Part shown: in pieces, positions 39,548-49,551 of the stretch
How positions within the stretch are numbered: position 1 is the stretch's first letter
Layout of the letters: each line of letters begins with the position of its first letter
NCBI GenBank assembly: GCA_963847705.1
Contig: CAWKBC010000007.1
Coordinates: forward strand, 1-64,000
Source of the DNA: an uncultured Pseudomonadota bacterium
GTDB taxonomy: Bacteria > Myxococcota_A > Polyangia > Fen-1088
Direction of reading: 5' to 3'
DNA: 64,000 nucleotides
The notes under the pieces: generated by a model
Databases searched by the model: none
Told to the model about the DNA's origin: nothing
What the model saw: only the letters and a program-made list of their open reading frames with translations
Translations under genes and position numbers: made by a program

Positions 39548-39859
39548 TTACTTCTTGGCGTCGGGGAGGGCGTCGCGCGCGGCGTCGGTCTTCCCGTTGC
39601 CGCTATCCGCCTGCGTCCCGGCGTCGAAGGGGGGCGACACGCCATACGGAACGATCGACGAATGGCTGTTCTCACAGGCGGCCCCCAGGAGCGCGGCCCC
39701 GGCGGCCACCAGCGCTGCGCTGACAAGGCGGGGGGCGGAGGGGCGGGCGCAGCGGCCGGCGCACGCTTCCGGCGCCACCGCCGCCTGGCAGAACGGACAG
39801 GTCGTCTCGTCCGACTTCACGTGACGGTTGCAACCGGAGCAGGGGACGAGAACGCTCAT
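39548..39859 (-). CDS. Small CxxC zinc-ribbon/lipobox/YG-motif protein (copy 1)
   Basis: CSGCNRHVKSDETTCPFC...CAGRC...RLVSAALVAAGAALLGAAC...VPYGVSPPF DAG. Confidence 0.85.
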   Translation of the reverse strand: MSVLVPCSGCNRHVKSDETTCPFCQAAVAPEACAGRCARPSAPRLVSAALVAAGAALLGAACENSHSSIVPYGVSPPFDAGTQADSGNGKTDAARDALPDAKK

Positions 39860-39924
39860 TTGGAAACCTCTTAATTCAAGGCCTGGAGTCTACACCTGGA
39901 TCGTCCGTCGTGTAGCCTCAGGGC

Positions 39925-42252
39925 GTGACGGCCCCCGACATCCCCGCCGAGGAGGAGCGGCTGCTCGCGCGCGTGCTGACCAGCCTGGCCGCCCACGCGC
40001 CGGCCGCGCGACCTGCCGCCGGGGCGGCGCCCCGCCGCGACCACATCGAGGAGATGATCGCGCTGCGCGACGAGATCGGCGAGGCGCGCCTGGAAGACGT
40101 GCCGGCCCTGGTGGCGCAGATGGAGCGCCTGCAGAACGTGTCGCTCACGCGCGGCGATCTCCAGACGATCCTGGTCGATCCCGCCGCCCCCTACTTCGGA
40201 CACCTGCGCCTGCGCGAGGAGGTCCGGGGCCGCGGCCCGGTCGAGCGCGACGTCTTCATCGGGCGGGCCACGTTCGTCGACGCCGCCGCCCGGGTGAACG
40301 TGGTCGACTGGCGGCACGCGCCGGTGAGCCAGCTCTTCTATCGCTACGCCGAGGGGAGCGACTACGAGGAGCGCTTCGGCGAGCGCGACGTCGAGGGGGA
40401 GATCGTGGCGCGCCGGGTTCTGACCATCGAAGGCGGCGTCCTGCGGCGGGTGGCTTGCCCGCAGGGCGTCTGGGCGCGCGGCCCGAACGGGGAATGGGCG
40501 CGGACCGATCTGCCGACGCACGAGCTCGCCGGGGGGCAGGAGACGGCGACTCGCCCGGTGCGCGGAAGACTGGGTGCCGCGCCGGTCGGACGGCAGGCGC
40601 TCGACCGCCACCTCCCCGAGATCGCCGCGCTGATCGATCCGCGCCAGTTCGACCTCATCACCGCGCGCGACGCGGGCGTGGTGGTCATCCAGGGGGGCGC
40701 CGGCAGCGGCAAGACCACCGTCGGCCTGCACCGGCTCGGCTACCTGGCGTTCTCCTTTCCCGACAGGTTCCCGCCGCGGAAGCTGGCGGTGGTGACCGGC
40801 GGCGCCGCGCTGGCCGCCTACATCGGCCAGCTGCTGCCGTCGCTGGGCGTGGCCGGCGTCGGCGTCATGACGTTCGGCGAGCTGGCCACGCGCGAGCTGC
40901 GCGCCGAGATCCCCTGGCTGAAGGCGACCATCGTCGACGACACCGTCCCGGCCGTCACGCGCGTCAAGAGCCACCCCGCGCTGTTGCACGAGCTCGAGCG
41001 CGCCTGCGCGGCCTACGCCGGCAAGAAGACCTCGCGCGCGGCGGTCGAGATCTGGGCCGACCTGCTGAGCGATCGCGGCCGGCTGGGCGCCTTGATGGCG
41101 AACGCCGCCGAGATGCCGATCGGCGAGCGCGATCTGACCGAGGCGCACCGGATCATGACCGACCGGGTGGCCGCCATTCAGGCGCGCGATCCGCGCGAGG
41201 GCCAAGGGGATGACAAGAAGCCGCTGCGGACGCGCCGCGCGAAGGCGCGCGAGCGCGCCCCCGGCCCCGACATGCACTGGACCGCGATGGGGCTCGAGCA
41301 GAAGGCCGGCCAGCGCACCGTCGACAGCGATCTGCCCGAAGGCGTTCGCCGCGTGGAAGGGACGGGCGGCGATCCGGACGACGACGCCGACGACGACCAG
41401 AACATCCGCGGGGAGACCGGCATCGACGGCCTGCGGACGGAGGACGACGCCGCCACGCTCGACCTCGACGACGTGGCGATCCTGCTGCGCGCCAGCCAGC
41501 TCTTGCGCGGCGTGAAGCGCCCCTTCGTCCATCTGTTCGTCGACGAGGCGCAGGATCTGTCGCCCATGAAGCTGTCGGTCCTGATCGGCCACATCCCGGC
41601 GCGCCGCTCCCCCACGCCGTCGATCACGCTCGCCGGCGACACCTCGCAGCGGCTGTTCCTGGACAACGGCTTCGGCGACTGGCGCGCCGTTCTCGGTCAC
41701 CTGGGCCTGGCCCACGTGGCGATCGAGCCGCTGCGCATCGCCTACCGCTCGACCCGAGAGATCATGGATGTCGCGCGCGCCGCCATGGGCCCGCTGGCCG
41801 ATCCCGATCCGCCCGAGGCCCCACGCAGCGGCGCCCCGGTCGAGACGTTTCAGTTCCCGGGCGTGGGGGCCGCGGTCGCCTTTTTGGCCGAAGCGCTGCG
41901 CGAGCTGGCCGCCCGGGAACCGCGCGCGACGGTCGCTCTGCTGGCCCGCCACCCCGAGCAGGCGGATCGCTACTACGACGGCCTCCGGCGCGCCGAGGTC
42001 CCGTCGCTGAGGCGCGTCCGGGCGCAAGACTTTGCCTTCCGCCCCGGCGTCGAGGTCACGGACGTCCGCCAGGTCAAGGGGCTGGAGTTCGACTACGTCG
42101 TCATGCTGGACGCCAACGACTCCAGCTACGGCCGCGACGACGAATCACGCCACCTGTTCCACATCGGGGTCACCCGCGCCACCTGGCAGCTCTGGATCGC
42201 GGTCACCGGCGCAGCCAGCCCGCTGGTGCCGGCGGCGTCGTCAGCAGCGTGA
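39925..42252 (+). CDS. HelD-like superfamily 1 helicase/ATPase
   Basis: PYFGHL..VDWRHAP (HelD-type N-terminus), QGGAGSGKTT..LHR..YL, VDEAQD, GD..Q, YRST.EI, KGLEFD and GVTRA. Confidence 0.85.
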   Translation: MTAPDIPAEEERLLARVLTSLAAHAPAARPAAGAAPRRDHIEEMIALRDEIGEARLEDVPALVAQMERLQNVSLTRGDLQTILVDPAAPYFGHLRLREEVRGRGPVERDVFIGRATFVDAAARVNVVDWRHAPVSQLFYRYAEGSDYEERFGERDVEGEIVARRVLTIEGGVLRRVACPQGVWARGPNGEWARTDLPTHELAGGQETATRPVRGRLGAAPVGRQALDRHLPEIAALIDPRQFDLITARDAGVVVIQGGAGSGKTTVGLHRLGYLAFSFPDRFPPRKLAVVTGGAALAAYIGQLLPSLGVAGVGVMTFGELATRELRAEIPWLKATIVDDTVPAVTRVKSHPALLHELERACAAYAGKKTSRAAVEIWADLLSDRGRLGALMANAAEMPIGERDLTEAHRIMTDRVAAIQARDPREGQGDDKKPLRTRRAKARERAPGPDMHWTAMGLEQKAGQRTVDSDLPEGVRRVEGTGGDPDDDADDDQNIRGETGIDGLRTEDDAATLDLDDVAILLRASQLLRGVKRPFVHLFVDEAQDLSPMKLSVLIGHIPARRSPTPSITLAGDTSQRLFLDNGFGDWRAVLGHLGLAHVAIEPLRIAYRSTREIMDVARAAMGPLADPDPPEAPRSGAPVETFQFPGVGAAVAFLAEALRELAAREPRATVALLARHPEQADRYYDGLRRAEVPSLRRVRAQDFAFRPGVEVTDVRQVKGLEFDYVVMLDANDSSYGRDDESRHLFHIGVTRATWQLWIAVTGAASPLVPAASSAA

Positions 42253-42295
42253 GTAGCCAGCCCGCTGGTGCCGGCGGCGGCGTCAGCGGCGTGAG
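42213..42295 (+). repeat. 42-bp-period tandem duplication of the helicase 3' end including the stop codon
   Basis: AGCCAGCCCGCTGGTGCCGGCGGCG[T/G]CGTCAGC[A/G]GCGTGAG at 42213 and 42255. Confidence 0.9.
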
Positions 42296-42345
42296 GGTCG
42301 CGTTGGCTCGCGCGAGCCGCTTTGCAGTGGCCGCGCGCGCGCCCG

Positions 42346-42927
42346 TCAGCCTCGCGGCTTGGACCAGCTCCCCCGCCGCAGCGGGGTCTTGCGCACGAGC
42401 GGCGCCTTGCGGGCCAGCGTCTTTCCCGGCTGGAGCGCGGAGCGGCGGAGCGTCGAAGTCTTCGGCGAATCATCCGTCGGCGCCGGCGCCGTCACTTTCG
42501 AAGCCGCCGCCGGGCCCTCATCGACCCGCGGAGCCGGCAGCGGTGGGGTCATCAGGTTGGCGAAGGCGGCTGACAGATCGCAGGCGACGGCCAGCTTCGG
42601 TGGATTCGAATCGAGCGTCCGCGACAGCAGCGCCGGCGCGTAGTCGCCGCCCGGCGCCGGAGCCGACAGAACCAGCTTGAACCCCGGCGCATGCACCAGA
42701 TAGCAGTCGCCGCGGCTGGCGATCGCCGGGCCGGAGGTGACGCGCACCCCTTCGAGGCGCGCCAGCACGCGCGCCAGCTCGGCGAGCGTGCTCCCGCGCA
42801 GCGAAACGCGCAGGTTCAGGATCCCGCCCGCCGCGCCCCCCGCGGAGGCGAACGTATGGCCGGCGATCGTCACCGAGGCGACGTCGTTGGCCACTGTCGA
42901 TGGCGGAAAGATTCGGATCGGCGCCAT
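42346..42927 (-). CDS. Hypothetical protein with basic C-terminal (RK.PL.R)n tail
   Basis: TATAGT-7nt-ATG upstream. Tail LRRSALQPGKTLARKAPLVRKTPLRR. Confidence 0.65.
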   Translation of the reverse strand: MAPIRIFPPSTVANDVASVTIAGHTFASAGGAAGGILNLRVSLRGSTLAELARVLARLEGVRVTSGPAIASRGDCYLVHAPGFKLVLSAPAPGGDYAPALLSRTLDSNPPKLAVACDLSAAFANLMTPPLPAPRVDEGPAAASKVTAPAPTDDSPKTSTLRRSALQPGKTLARKAPLVRKTPLRRGSWSKPRG

Positions 42928-42935
42928 TGCTTACA

Positions 42936-42952
42936 CTATACGCATGTTCAGG
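42936..42952. promoter_or_regulatory. Putative myxobacterial-type LexA box overlapping the -10 of the 42927 gene
   Basis: CTATACGCATGTTCAGG matches CTRHAMRYBYGTTCAGS at 16 of 17 positions. Confidence 0.65.
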
Positions 42953-42965
42953 CTTCGGTCAAAAC

Positions 42966-43874
42966 TCACCCGAGCAGCAGCACCTTGCCCTCGACGTGCT
43001 TCTCGGCGAGCGCGTGCGCCGCGGCCGCCTCGGCGAGCGGGAACCGCTTGGCGATCGGGATGACCAGCTTCCCGTCGGCGACCGCCCGCGCCAGCTCGCC
43101 GAGCCGCTTCGGATCCGCGTGCGTCATGAACGCCTTCACCACGAATCCTTTTTCCTTGGCGCCGGCCGGCTCACCGAGCACGCTGCCGAGCTTCCCGCCC
43201 GGCTTGAGCTTGGCGAGCAGCCTCTGGATCGTCTCGCCGCCGACGGTGTCGGCAATCCCGTCGAGCAGGGGCAGCTTGGCGATCTCGCCCTCGTCGTCGA
43301 TCGCGACCACCCCGTCGGCGTCCAGCTTGGCCGCCTCGGCCTTCTGACTGCCGCGCACGCCGGCATAGACCTTCGCGCCCCGGGCTTTCGCAGTGAAGAC
43401 CGCCGTCCGTCCGACCCCGCCCAGGGCGCCGGTCACCAGGATCGTCTCTCCGGCCTGCGCGTCGACGGCGCCCTCAGCGAGCTGGGCGCCCGTCAGCACC
43501 ACCAGCGGCAGGGCGCCCGCGTCCGCCAGGTCCAGCTTCGCTGGGACGATCGCCCAGGCGTCGACCGGCGCGACCACCAGCTCCGCGTATCCGCCCCCGT
43601 GCACGCGCCCCAGCACCCGATCCCCGACCGTGAACTCCGTCACCCCCGCTCCGACCGCCGCCACCGTCCCGGAGGCGTCCCGCCCGAGAACGGCCGGCAG
43701 ATCGAGCGGCATGTACTGCCGGAGGGCGCCGCTCCGCTGCTTCCAGTCGACCGGATTCAGGCTCGCCCCCGCCATGCGCACCAGGATCTCCCTGGCCCCC
43801 GGCTTGGGATCGGCGATCGTCCGCAGCTGGAGGGCGGAAGGGGGACCGTATTCAGGCAGGACGATGGCGCGCAT
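42966..43874 (-). CDS. NADP-dependent oxidoreductase (MDR/quinone oxidoreductase-like)
   Basis: SLNPVDWK, LGRDASG, GGYAE, TGALGGVG and FPL.EA..AH..GKVLL. Confidence 0.92.
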   Translation of the reverse strand: MRAIVLPEYGPPSALQLRTIADPKPGAREILVRMAGASLNPVDWKQRSGALRQYMPLDLPAVLGRDASGTVAAVGAGVTEFTVGDRVLGRVHGGGYAELVVAPVDAWAIVPAKLDLADAGALPLVVLTGAQLAEGAVDAQAGETILVTGALGGVGRTAVFTAKARGAKVYAGVRGSQKAEAAKLDADGVVAIDDEGEIAKLPLLDGIADTVGGETIQRLLAKLKPGGKLGSVLGEPAGAKEKGFVVKAFMTHADPKRLGELARAVADGKLVIPIAKRFPLAEAAAAHALAEKHVEGKVLLLG

Positions 43875-43996
43875 GGTTCCTTTCAGCTGATTTCATATAG
43901 TTCTCCCGATGGCCATCCGGAAGTGGCTGGGCCGGGCACCGACGTTGGATGCCGGATCCATGACAGGGGTGCGCTGGCGCGATGCTTGGCGCGCGC

Positions 43997-44848
43997 TCAG
44001 GCCGTCAGCAGCTCGTGGTGCCAGCGCAGGTGGGGCTCCATGAAGGAGCTCACGAAGAAGTAGCCGTGGTCGTAGCCTTCGCGGCGCGCCAGCGTGAGCG
44101 GCTGGCCGGCTTCGGCACAGGCGGCCTCGAACAGCTCGGGGCGGAGCTGCTTCGACAGGAACGGATCGGCCGTCCCCTGGTCGATCAGGATCGGCCGTTC
44201 GAGGCGGCGACCGGCGCGCACCAGCGCCGAGGCGTCCCATTCGCGCCAGGCCTCGCGCGCCGGACCGAGGTAGCCGGTGAACGCCTTTTCGCCCCAGGGC
44301 ACCGCGCCCGGCGTGGCGACGGGGGCGAAGGCCGAGACGCTCCGGTAATCGCCAGGGTTGCGCAGGGCGATCACCAGCGCGCCGTGTCCACCCATGGAGT
44401 GGCCGAAGATTCCGCGCCGCGCGCCGTCGACCGGGAAATTCGCCTCCACCGCCTCCCGCAGGTCGCACGTCACGTAGGTGTACATCCGGTACGCTGACGA
44501 CCAGGGCGCCTGCGTGGCGTCGAGATAGAATCCGGCCCCCAGGCCGAAGTCGTCCGCCGCGTCGTCGCCCGGGAACCGCGTCGCGCGCGGGCTGGTGTCG
44601 CAGGAGACCAGCGCCAGCCCGAGCTCGGCCGCCACGCGCTGGGCGCCGCTCTTGATGGCGAAGGTCTCCTCGCTGCAGGTCAGCCCGGCCAGGTAATAAA
44701 GGACCGGCACGCGCTCGCCGCGCAGCGCGGCCGGCGGCTGATAGACCGCGAAGCGCATCGGGCCAGCGCAGGCGGCGCTCTGATGTTCATAGAACCCCTG
44801 CAGGCCCGCGAAGCAGCGGTGCTCCTTCTTGGTCACCACCCCCGTCAT
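43997..44848 (-). CDS. fghA: S-formylglutathione hydrolase
   Basis: YLAGLTC, DTSPR, GAGFYLDAT..PW, GHSMGGHGA and GYDHGYFF. Confidence 0.95.
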   Translation of the reverse strand: MTGVVTKKEHRCFAGLQGFYEHQSAACAGPMRFAVYQPPAALRGERVPVLYYLAGLTCSEETFAIKSGAQRVAAELGLALVSCDTSPRATRFPGDDAADDFGLGAGFYLDATQAPWSSAYRMYTYVTCDLREAVEANFPVDGARRGIFGHSMGGHGALVIALRNPGDYRSVSAFAPVATPGAVPWGEKAFTGYLGPAREAWREWDASALVRAGRRLERPILIDQGTADPFLSKQLRPELFEAACAEAGQPLTLARREGYDHGYFFVSSFMEPHLRWHHELLTA

Positions 44849-44853
44849 CGCGC

Positions 44854-45966
44854 TCACCCGAGCTCGACGACCGTGCGGATCGACGTCCCGGCGTGCATCA
44901 GGTCGAAGGCCTCGTTGATGCGCGCGAGCGGCAGCTTGTGCGTGACCAGGCTGTCGACGTCGATCTTCCCCTGCATGTACCAGTCGACGATGCGCGGGAC
45001 GTCGGTGCGCCCGCGCGCGCCGCCGAAGGCGGTCCCCTTCCAGACCCGTCCGGTGACCAGCTGGAAGGGGCGGGTGGCGATCTCCTTGCCGGCGCCCGCC
45101 ACCCCGATGATGACGCTGACGCCCCAGCCGCGGTGGCAGCACTCCAGCGCCTGGCGCATCAGGTTCACGTCGCCCACGCACTCGAAGCTGTAGTCGGCGC
45201 CGCCGCCGGTCAGCTCGACGAGGTGCGCGACCAGATCGCCGCCGAGCTGCTTGGGGTTCACGAAGTGGGTCAGTCCCAGCTTGCGCGCCAGCGGCTCGCG
45301 CGCCGGGTTGAGGTCGACGCCGATGATCTCGTCGGCGCCCGCCAGCCGCGCCCCCTGCACGACGTTGAGGCCGATCCCCCCCAGGCCAAACACGACGACC
45401 TTGGCGCCGGGCTCGACCTTCGCCGTGTAGATGACGGCGCCGATCCCGGTCGTCACGCCGCACCCGATGTAGCAGATCTTGTCGAACGGCGCGTCCGGGC
45501 GGACCTTGGCCACCGCGATCTCCGGCAGCACGGTGTGGTTGGCGAACGTCGAGCAGCCCATGTAGTGGTGAATCTTGGTGCCGCCCAGGGAGAACCGGCT
45601 GGTCCCGTCGGGCATGACCCCCTTCCCCTGTGTGGCGCGGATGGCCGTGCAGAGGTTGGTCTTGCGCGAGAGGCACGATTTGCAGGCGCGACACTCCGGT
45701 GTGTAGAGCGGGATGACGTGGTCCCCCTTGGCCACCGAGGTGACGCCGGCGCCGACGTCGACCACCACACCCGCCCCTTCGTGGCCGAAGATCACCGGGA
45801 ACAGCCCCTCGGGATCGGCGCCCGAGCGGGTGAGCTCGTCGGTGTGGCAGACGCCGGTCGCCTTGATCTCGACCAGCACCTCGCCCGCCTTGGGCCCTTC
45901 CAGCTCGACCTCTTCGATGACCAGCGGCTTGCCCGCCTGGTACGCCACGGCTGCGCGCGTCTTCAT
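44854..45966 (-). CDS. frmA: S-(hydroxymethyl)glutathione dehydrogenase (class III ADH)
   Basis: [36 protein letters not shown] and [14 protein letters not shown]. True start ATG 45966. Confidence 0.97.
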   Translation of the reverse strand: MKTRAAVAYQAGKPLVIEEVELEGPKAGEVLVEIKATGVCHTDELTRSGADPEGLFPVIFGHEGAGVVVDVGAGVTSVAKGDHVIPLYTPECRACKSCLSRKTNLCTAIRATQGKGVMPDGTSRFSLGGTKIHHYMGCSTFANHTVLPEIAVAKVRPDAPFDKICYIGCGVTTGIGAVIYTAKVEPGAKVVVFGLGGIGLNVVQGARLAGADEIIGVDLNPAREPLARKLGLTHFVNPKQLGGDLVAHLVELTGGGADYSFECVGDVNLMRQALECCHRGWGVSVIIGVAGAGKEIATRPFQLVTGRVWKGTAFGGARGRTDVPRIVDWYMQGKIDVDSLVTHKLPLARINEAFDLMHAGTSIRTVVELG

Positions 45967-46131
45967 CAAAAGCCTCCGCGGGGAACCTCCGCGCGCGAAG
46001 CTTACACGAGGGGGTCCCACCCCGCCGCCGCACCGTGAACGCGTCAGCCCTCCGGCCGCTCCGCGAGTTGGTTCCGTCGTTGGTGAACCGACGGCGCCGC
46101 TCCGTCGATTGTACATGTATTCTGCCCGCCC

Positions 46132-47973
46132 ATGCCCGCCGCACGAGCTCGCCCTGCAACTGCACCCGCAACCGCCTTTGCCACCGCCGCCGCCCCCATC
46201 GTCTATCGCGTCTCGATGCCCGAACCGGGTTCGCACGAGTACCAGATCGAGATGCTGATCCCCGCGCTGCCGGGCCGCGAGCAGGTGGAGATCGTCTTCC
46301 CGGCCTGGGCGCCCGGCAGTTACATGGTGCGTGACTTCGTCCGCCACCTCACCGGGCTCACCGTTCGCGACGGGGCGGGCCGCGCGCTGCCGGCGGCCGG
46401 CTTGGTGCGCGTCGACAAGCAGCGCTGGCGGATCGCCAGCGGCGGTCGCCCCTTCCGGGTCCGCTACCGGATCTTCGCCTTCGAGGCGACGGTGCGGACG
46501 TCGTTCCTCGACGACAGCCACGCCTACTGGAACGGCACCAGCCTGTTCTTCTTCGTCGAGGGTGAGCTCGGGCGCCGCTGCGAGGTCACCGTCGCGCTCC
46601 CCAACCCGCGCTGGCGGGTGGCCACCGCGCTGCCGGCCATCGCCGGACGCCGGCTCAGCTACGCCGCCGCCGACTTCGACGAGCTCTGCGACTCGCCCTT
46701 CGAGATCGGGACGCACGCGCTCTTCACCTTCACCGTCGGACGCACCCAGTTCGAGCTGGCGCTCTATGGCCGCACCAACGCCGATCCGGCGCGCCTGGTG
46801 GACATCCTCCGCCGGGTGGTGACCGCCACGGGGAAGATCTTCGGCGGCTTCCCGTTTCGCCGCTACCTCTTCATCGTGCACGCGCTGCCGGTCGGCTCGG
46901 GCGGTCTCGAGCACCGCGCCTCGGTCACCATGGACATCGCGGGCCTCGGCTTCGAGGACGAGACCGGATACCTCCGCTTCGCCGATCTGGCGGCGCACGA
47001 GTTTTTCCACGCCTGGAACGTCAAGCGCATCCACGACGCCAACCTGGGACCGTTCGACTACACGCGCGAGAGCTACACCCGGCTGCTCTGGCTCTACGAA
47101 GGGTGCACCGACTACCTGGCGCACGTGATCATCCTGCGCGCCGGCGTCACCTGCGAGCGGCAGTTCCTGAGGATGATCGCCGAGGACTGGCCCAAGTACG
47201 CCACGCGCCCCGGGCGCAACGAGACCTCGCTGGAGGAGCTGTCGTTCGAGGCCTGGGTCAAGCAGTACAAGCCGTCGGAGAACTTCACCAACCGGGCGGT
47301 CAGCTACTACGAAAAGGGGCTCTGGACGGCGATGGCGCTCGATCTCGAGCTGCGCCTCACCGGCGACGCCGCCCGCGGGCTGCCAGAGATGCTCCGCCTC
47401 CTGTGGGACGACTTCGGCAGCGCCGAACGGCCGATCACCGACGCCGACGTGCGCGCCGCCGCCGCGCGCATCGCCGGCCGCTCGATGAACCGCTTCTTCG
47501 ACCACTTCGTGCGCGGGACCGACGAGCTGCCGCTCCCCGCGCTCCTGCAGCGCGCCGGGCTCGAGCTCACCGCCCGCGCCGACTGGGACGAGAGCGGCCG
47601 CCCGCTGGCCGAGCGCGATCCGGTCCGCGGCGGCCGCGCGCGCGCCTGGACGGGCCTCACCCTGCAGGCCGACCGGACGACCGTGCGCAACGTGGTGCCC
47701 AAGTCGCCGGCCTGGCGCGCCGGGTTGACCTTCAACGACGAGATCGTCGCCGTGGACGGCGCGCGCGTCACGCCGTCCACGTTCGCCAAGCGGATCGCCG
47801 ATCGCCCGCCCGGCGCCCGCGTGCGGCTCGCCTACTTCCGCCGCGACGAGCTGCGCGAGGCGCGGCTCACGCTGGCCGAGAGCCCCGAGCGCCGGCTGTC
47901 GGTGACCGTCGATCCCCACGCCGGCGCGCGCGCCAACGCCGTCCGCGCCGGCTGGTTCGGCCTCAAGGGGTGA
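46132..47973 (+). CDS. M61 glycyl aminopeptidase with C-terminal PDZ
   Basis: [41 protein letters not shown] and PDZ SPA..AGL...DEI.AVDG. Confidence 0.93.
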   Translation: MPAARARPATAPATAFATAAAPIVYRVSMPEPGSHEYQIEMLIPALPGREQVEIVFPAWAPGSYMVRDFVRHLTGLTVRDGAGRALPAAGLVRVDKQRWRIASGGRPFRVRYRIFAFEATVRTSFLDDSHAYWNGTSLFFFVEGELGRRCEVTVALPNPRWRVATALPAIAGRRLSYAAADFDELCDSPFEIGTHALFTFTVGRTQFELALYGRTNADPARLVDILRRVVTATGKIFGGFPFRRYLFIVHALPVGSGGLEHRASVTMDIAGLGFEDETGYLRFADLAAHEFFHAWNVKRIHDANLGPFDYTRESYTRLLWLYEGCTDYLAHVIILRAGVTCERQFLRMIAEDWPKYATRPGRNETSLEELSFEAWVKQYKPSENFTNRAVSYYEKGLWTAMALDLELRLTGDAARGLPEMLRLLWDDFGSAERPITDADVRAAAARIAGRSMNRFFDHFVRGTDELPLPALLQRAGLELTARADWDESGRPLAERDPVRGGRARAWTGLTLQADRTTVRNVVPKSPAWRAGLTFNDEIVAVDGARVTPSTFAKRIADRPPGARVRLAYFRRDELREARLTLAESPERRLSVTVDPHAGARANAVRAGWFGLKG

Positions 47974-49406
47974 AGGTGATTCTGATCGGTCGAGAGGCCG
48001 GTCAGCTTCTGGGCCGCGTCGTCGAACCCGACGTTGCCCAGGTCGATGCCGGGGATCACCAGCGCCGAGACGGTGAGCGTGTCCATCCCGCTGGAGGTGG
48101 CCAGCGGATTCGGCGAGAGGCCCGGCAGCGTGAACGTCGTCGAGCCGTCGAAGATCGTCACCGACCAGGTGCGCGCCCCGCTGCTCGGGTCCTTGAACTC
48201 GGCCGAGTGGAGCGTGGCGCCGGTGACCGGCACGAACGAGTACTGGCCGCCCGAGGCCGCGATCCCCGTCGGTGCCGCCAGCCAGGGGCTGACCACGACC
48301 GGCGAGGTGACACTGACCCCGTGCATCCAGGTGAGCGAGGCCGGCTCGGCGGCGCTCATGGTCGCCTGCGCCGAGGCCAGCAGATCGTAGGCGCCGCCCG
48401 CCAGCCCGGCGGTGGTGGTCCCGCCCAGCTTGGGCACGCTGGCCATCGTGACGTTGGGCCCCAGCGCGGGGACCACCGCCGGGATCCGCCCGGCGCCGCC
48501 CGGCAGCTCGATGGCCGGGTAGGCATTGAAATAGGTCATGCCGGCCGGCAGCGCGGGGAACGTCGCCGAGAAGGGGACCAGATCGCTCGCCGCCACCTGC
48601 GGCAGAGTCTCGTTCACCACCGTCGCCCCGGTCGTCAGATCGAGCCCGGTCAGGAGCGCCCAGCCGAGCGGCGTGACGATGTCGTCCGTCGCGTCGTCCG
48701 GCGTCCCGTTCGGATCCTGGTCGACGATGATCGCGTAGTGCGCCTGCGGGCCTGTACGGGCGACGAGCTGCCAGTTGCAGTCGTCGGCCAGCGCGTTCCG
48801 GACGCAGGCGTTGGCGGGGATCGTCGTCGTCAGCACCGTGCTCCCGACGGAGATGGTGCGCGTCGGTTGCGCGATGTCGTTCGCCAGATCGCCGAGATCC
48901 GTCGTCTGCGAGGCCGCCACCAGACCGATGGTGGTGTGCCCGCTCGCCGGCGCCGGCAAGCTCTCCCAGCCGGCGATGGTGCCGCTCACCATGGCCGTGT
49001 CGGGTGTGGGACGCACGTTCGCCTGGATGTTGATGGTCATGTTCGCGCCGTTGGCGCCGATCCAGGTGCTCGGCGCGTATCCAGCCGCCGAGGCGGTCAC
49101 CGTGACCGCCCCTCGCAGCGCCGGGCAGCTCATCGGGCCGAAGGTCACCAGGCCGGTCGTGTCGGTGAGCGCCATGCAAGGCGCGGAAGCGGACGACACA
49201 CCCACCTGCACCGCCGCCCCCGTCAGCGGCGCGTTGGTGTCGGCGTCGATCACGTAGACGTTGAGGTAGCCGTCGATCGCGCCCCCGCCGAGCCCGGCGC
49301 CCGGAACCAGCACCGGGGCGGGGTGATTGTCCGACACCGACCCGCACCCCACCGCCGCCGCCAGCACCCCGATCGCCAGACAGACCCCACGCGCACTTTT
49401 TCGCAT
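47832..49406 (-). CDS. Hypothetical beta-rich lipoprotein (likely C-terminal +1 frameshift)
   Basis: LAAAVGC lipobox. As read, it overlaps the M61 gene by 142 nt. Removing one base gives DQITFTP* ending at 47963. Confidence 0.75.
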   Translation of the reverse strand: MRKSARGVCLAIGVLAAAVGCGSVSDNHPAPVLVPGAGLGGGAIDGYLNVYVIDADTNAPLTGAAVQVGVSSASAPCMALTDTTGLVTFGPMSCPALRGAVTVTASAAGYAPSTWIGANGANMTINIQANVRPTPDTAMVSGTIAGWESLPAPASGHTTIGLVAASQTTDLGDLANDIAQPTRTISVGSTVLTTTIPANACVRNALADDCNWQLVARTGPQAHYAIIVDQDPNGTPDDATDDIVTPLGWALLTGLDLTTGATVVNETLPQVAASDLVPFSATFPALPAGMTYFNAYPAIELPGGAGRIPAVVPALGPNVTMASVPKLGGTTTAGLAGGAYDLLASAQATMSAAEPASLTWMHGVSVTSPVVVSPWLAAPTGIAASGGQYSFVPVTGATLHSAEFKDPSSGARTWSVTIFDGSTTFTLPGLSPNPLATSSGMDTLTVSALVIPGIDLGNVGFDDAAQKLTGLSTDQNHLHPLRPNQPARTALARAPAWGSTVTDSRRSGLSASVSRASRSSSRRK

Positions 49407-49551
49407 CTCCCCGCTATCGACACATCAGCGGGAAAAAGAAGAAAAACGGCCGGCTCCCGCTGAACAGGCCAGCGCAGCGTGGCTTTGCCCCGGGGAGCGA
49501 GGGGGGATCGGGGGGTGCGAGCGGCAGCGAGCCGTCGAGTCAGCTCGGCTC

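Noticed and set aside
43997-45966. frmA-fghA as a novel system
   Set aside because: This is the standard glutathione-dependent formaldehyde detoxification pair.
45975-46045. GGGGAACCTCC...GGGGGTCCC hairpin upstream of frmA as a sixth repeat copy
   Set aside because: Only hairpin 1 is similar, the loop is much longer and the CCGCGACGAG/hairpin 2 part is missing.
44854-49347. 1497-aa ORF suggesting a giant FrmA fusion (and the 724-aa FghA extension)
   Set aside because: Only the C-terminal parts match the enzymes. The upstream parts are off-frame or antisense read-through of neighbouring genes, and frmA has its own SD and ATG at 45966.
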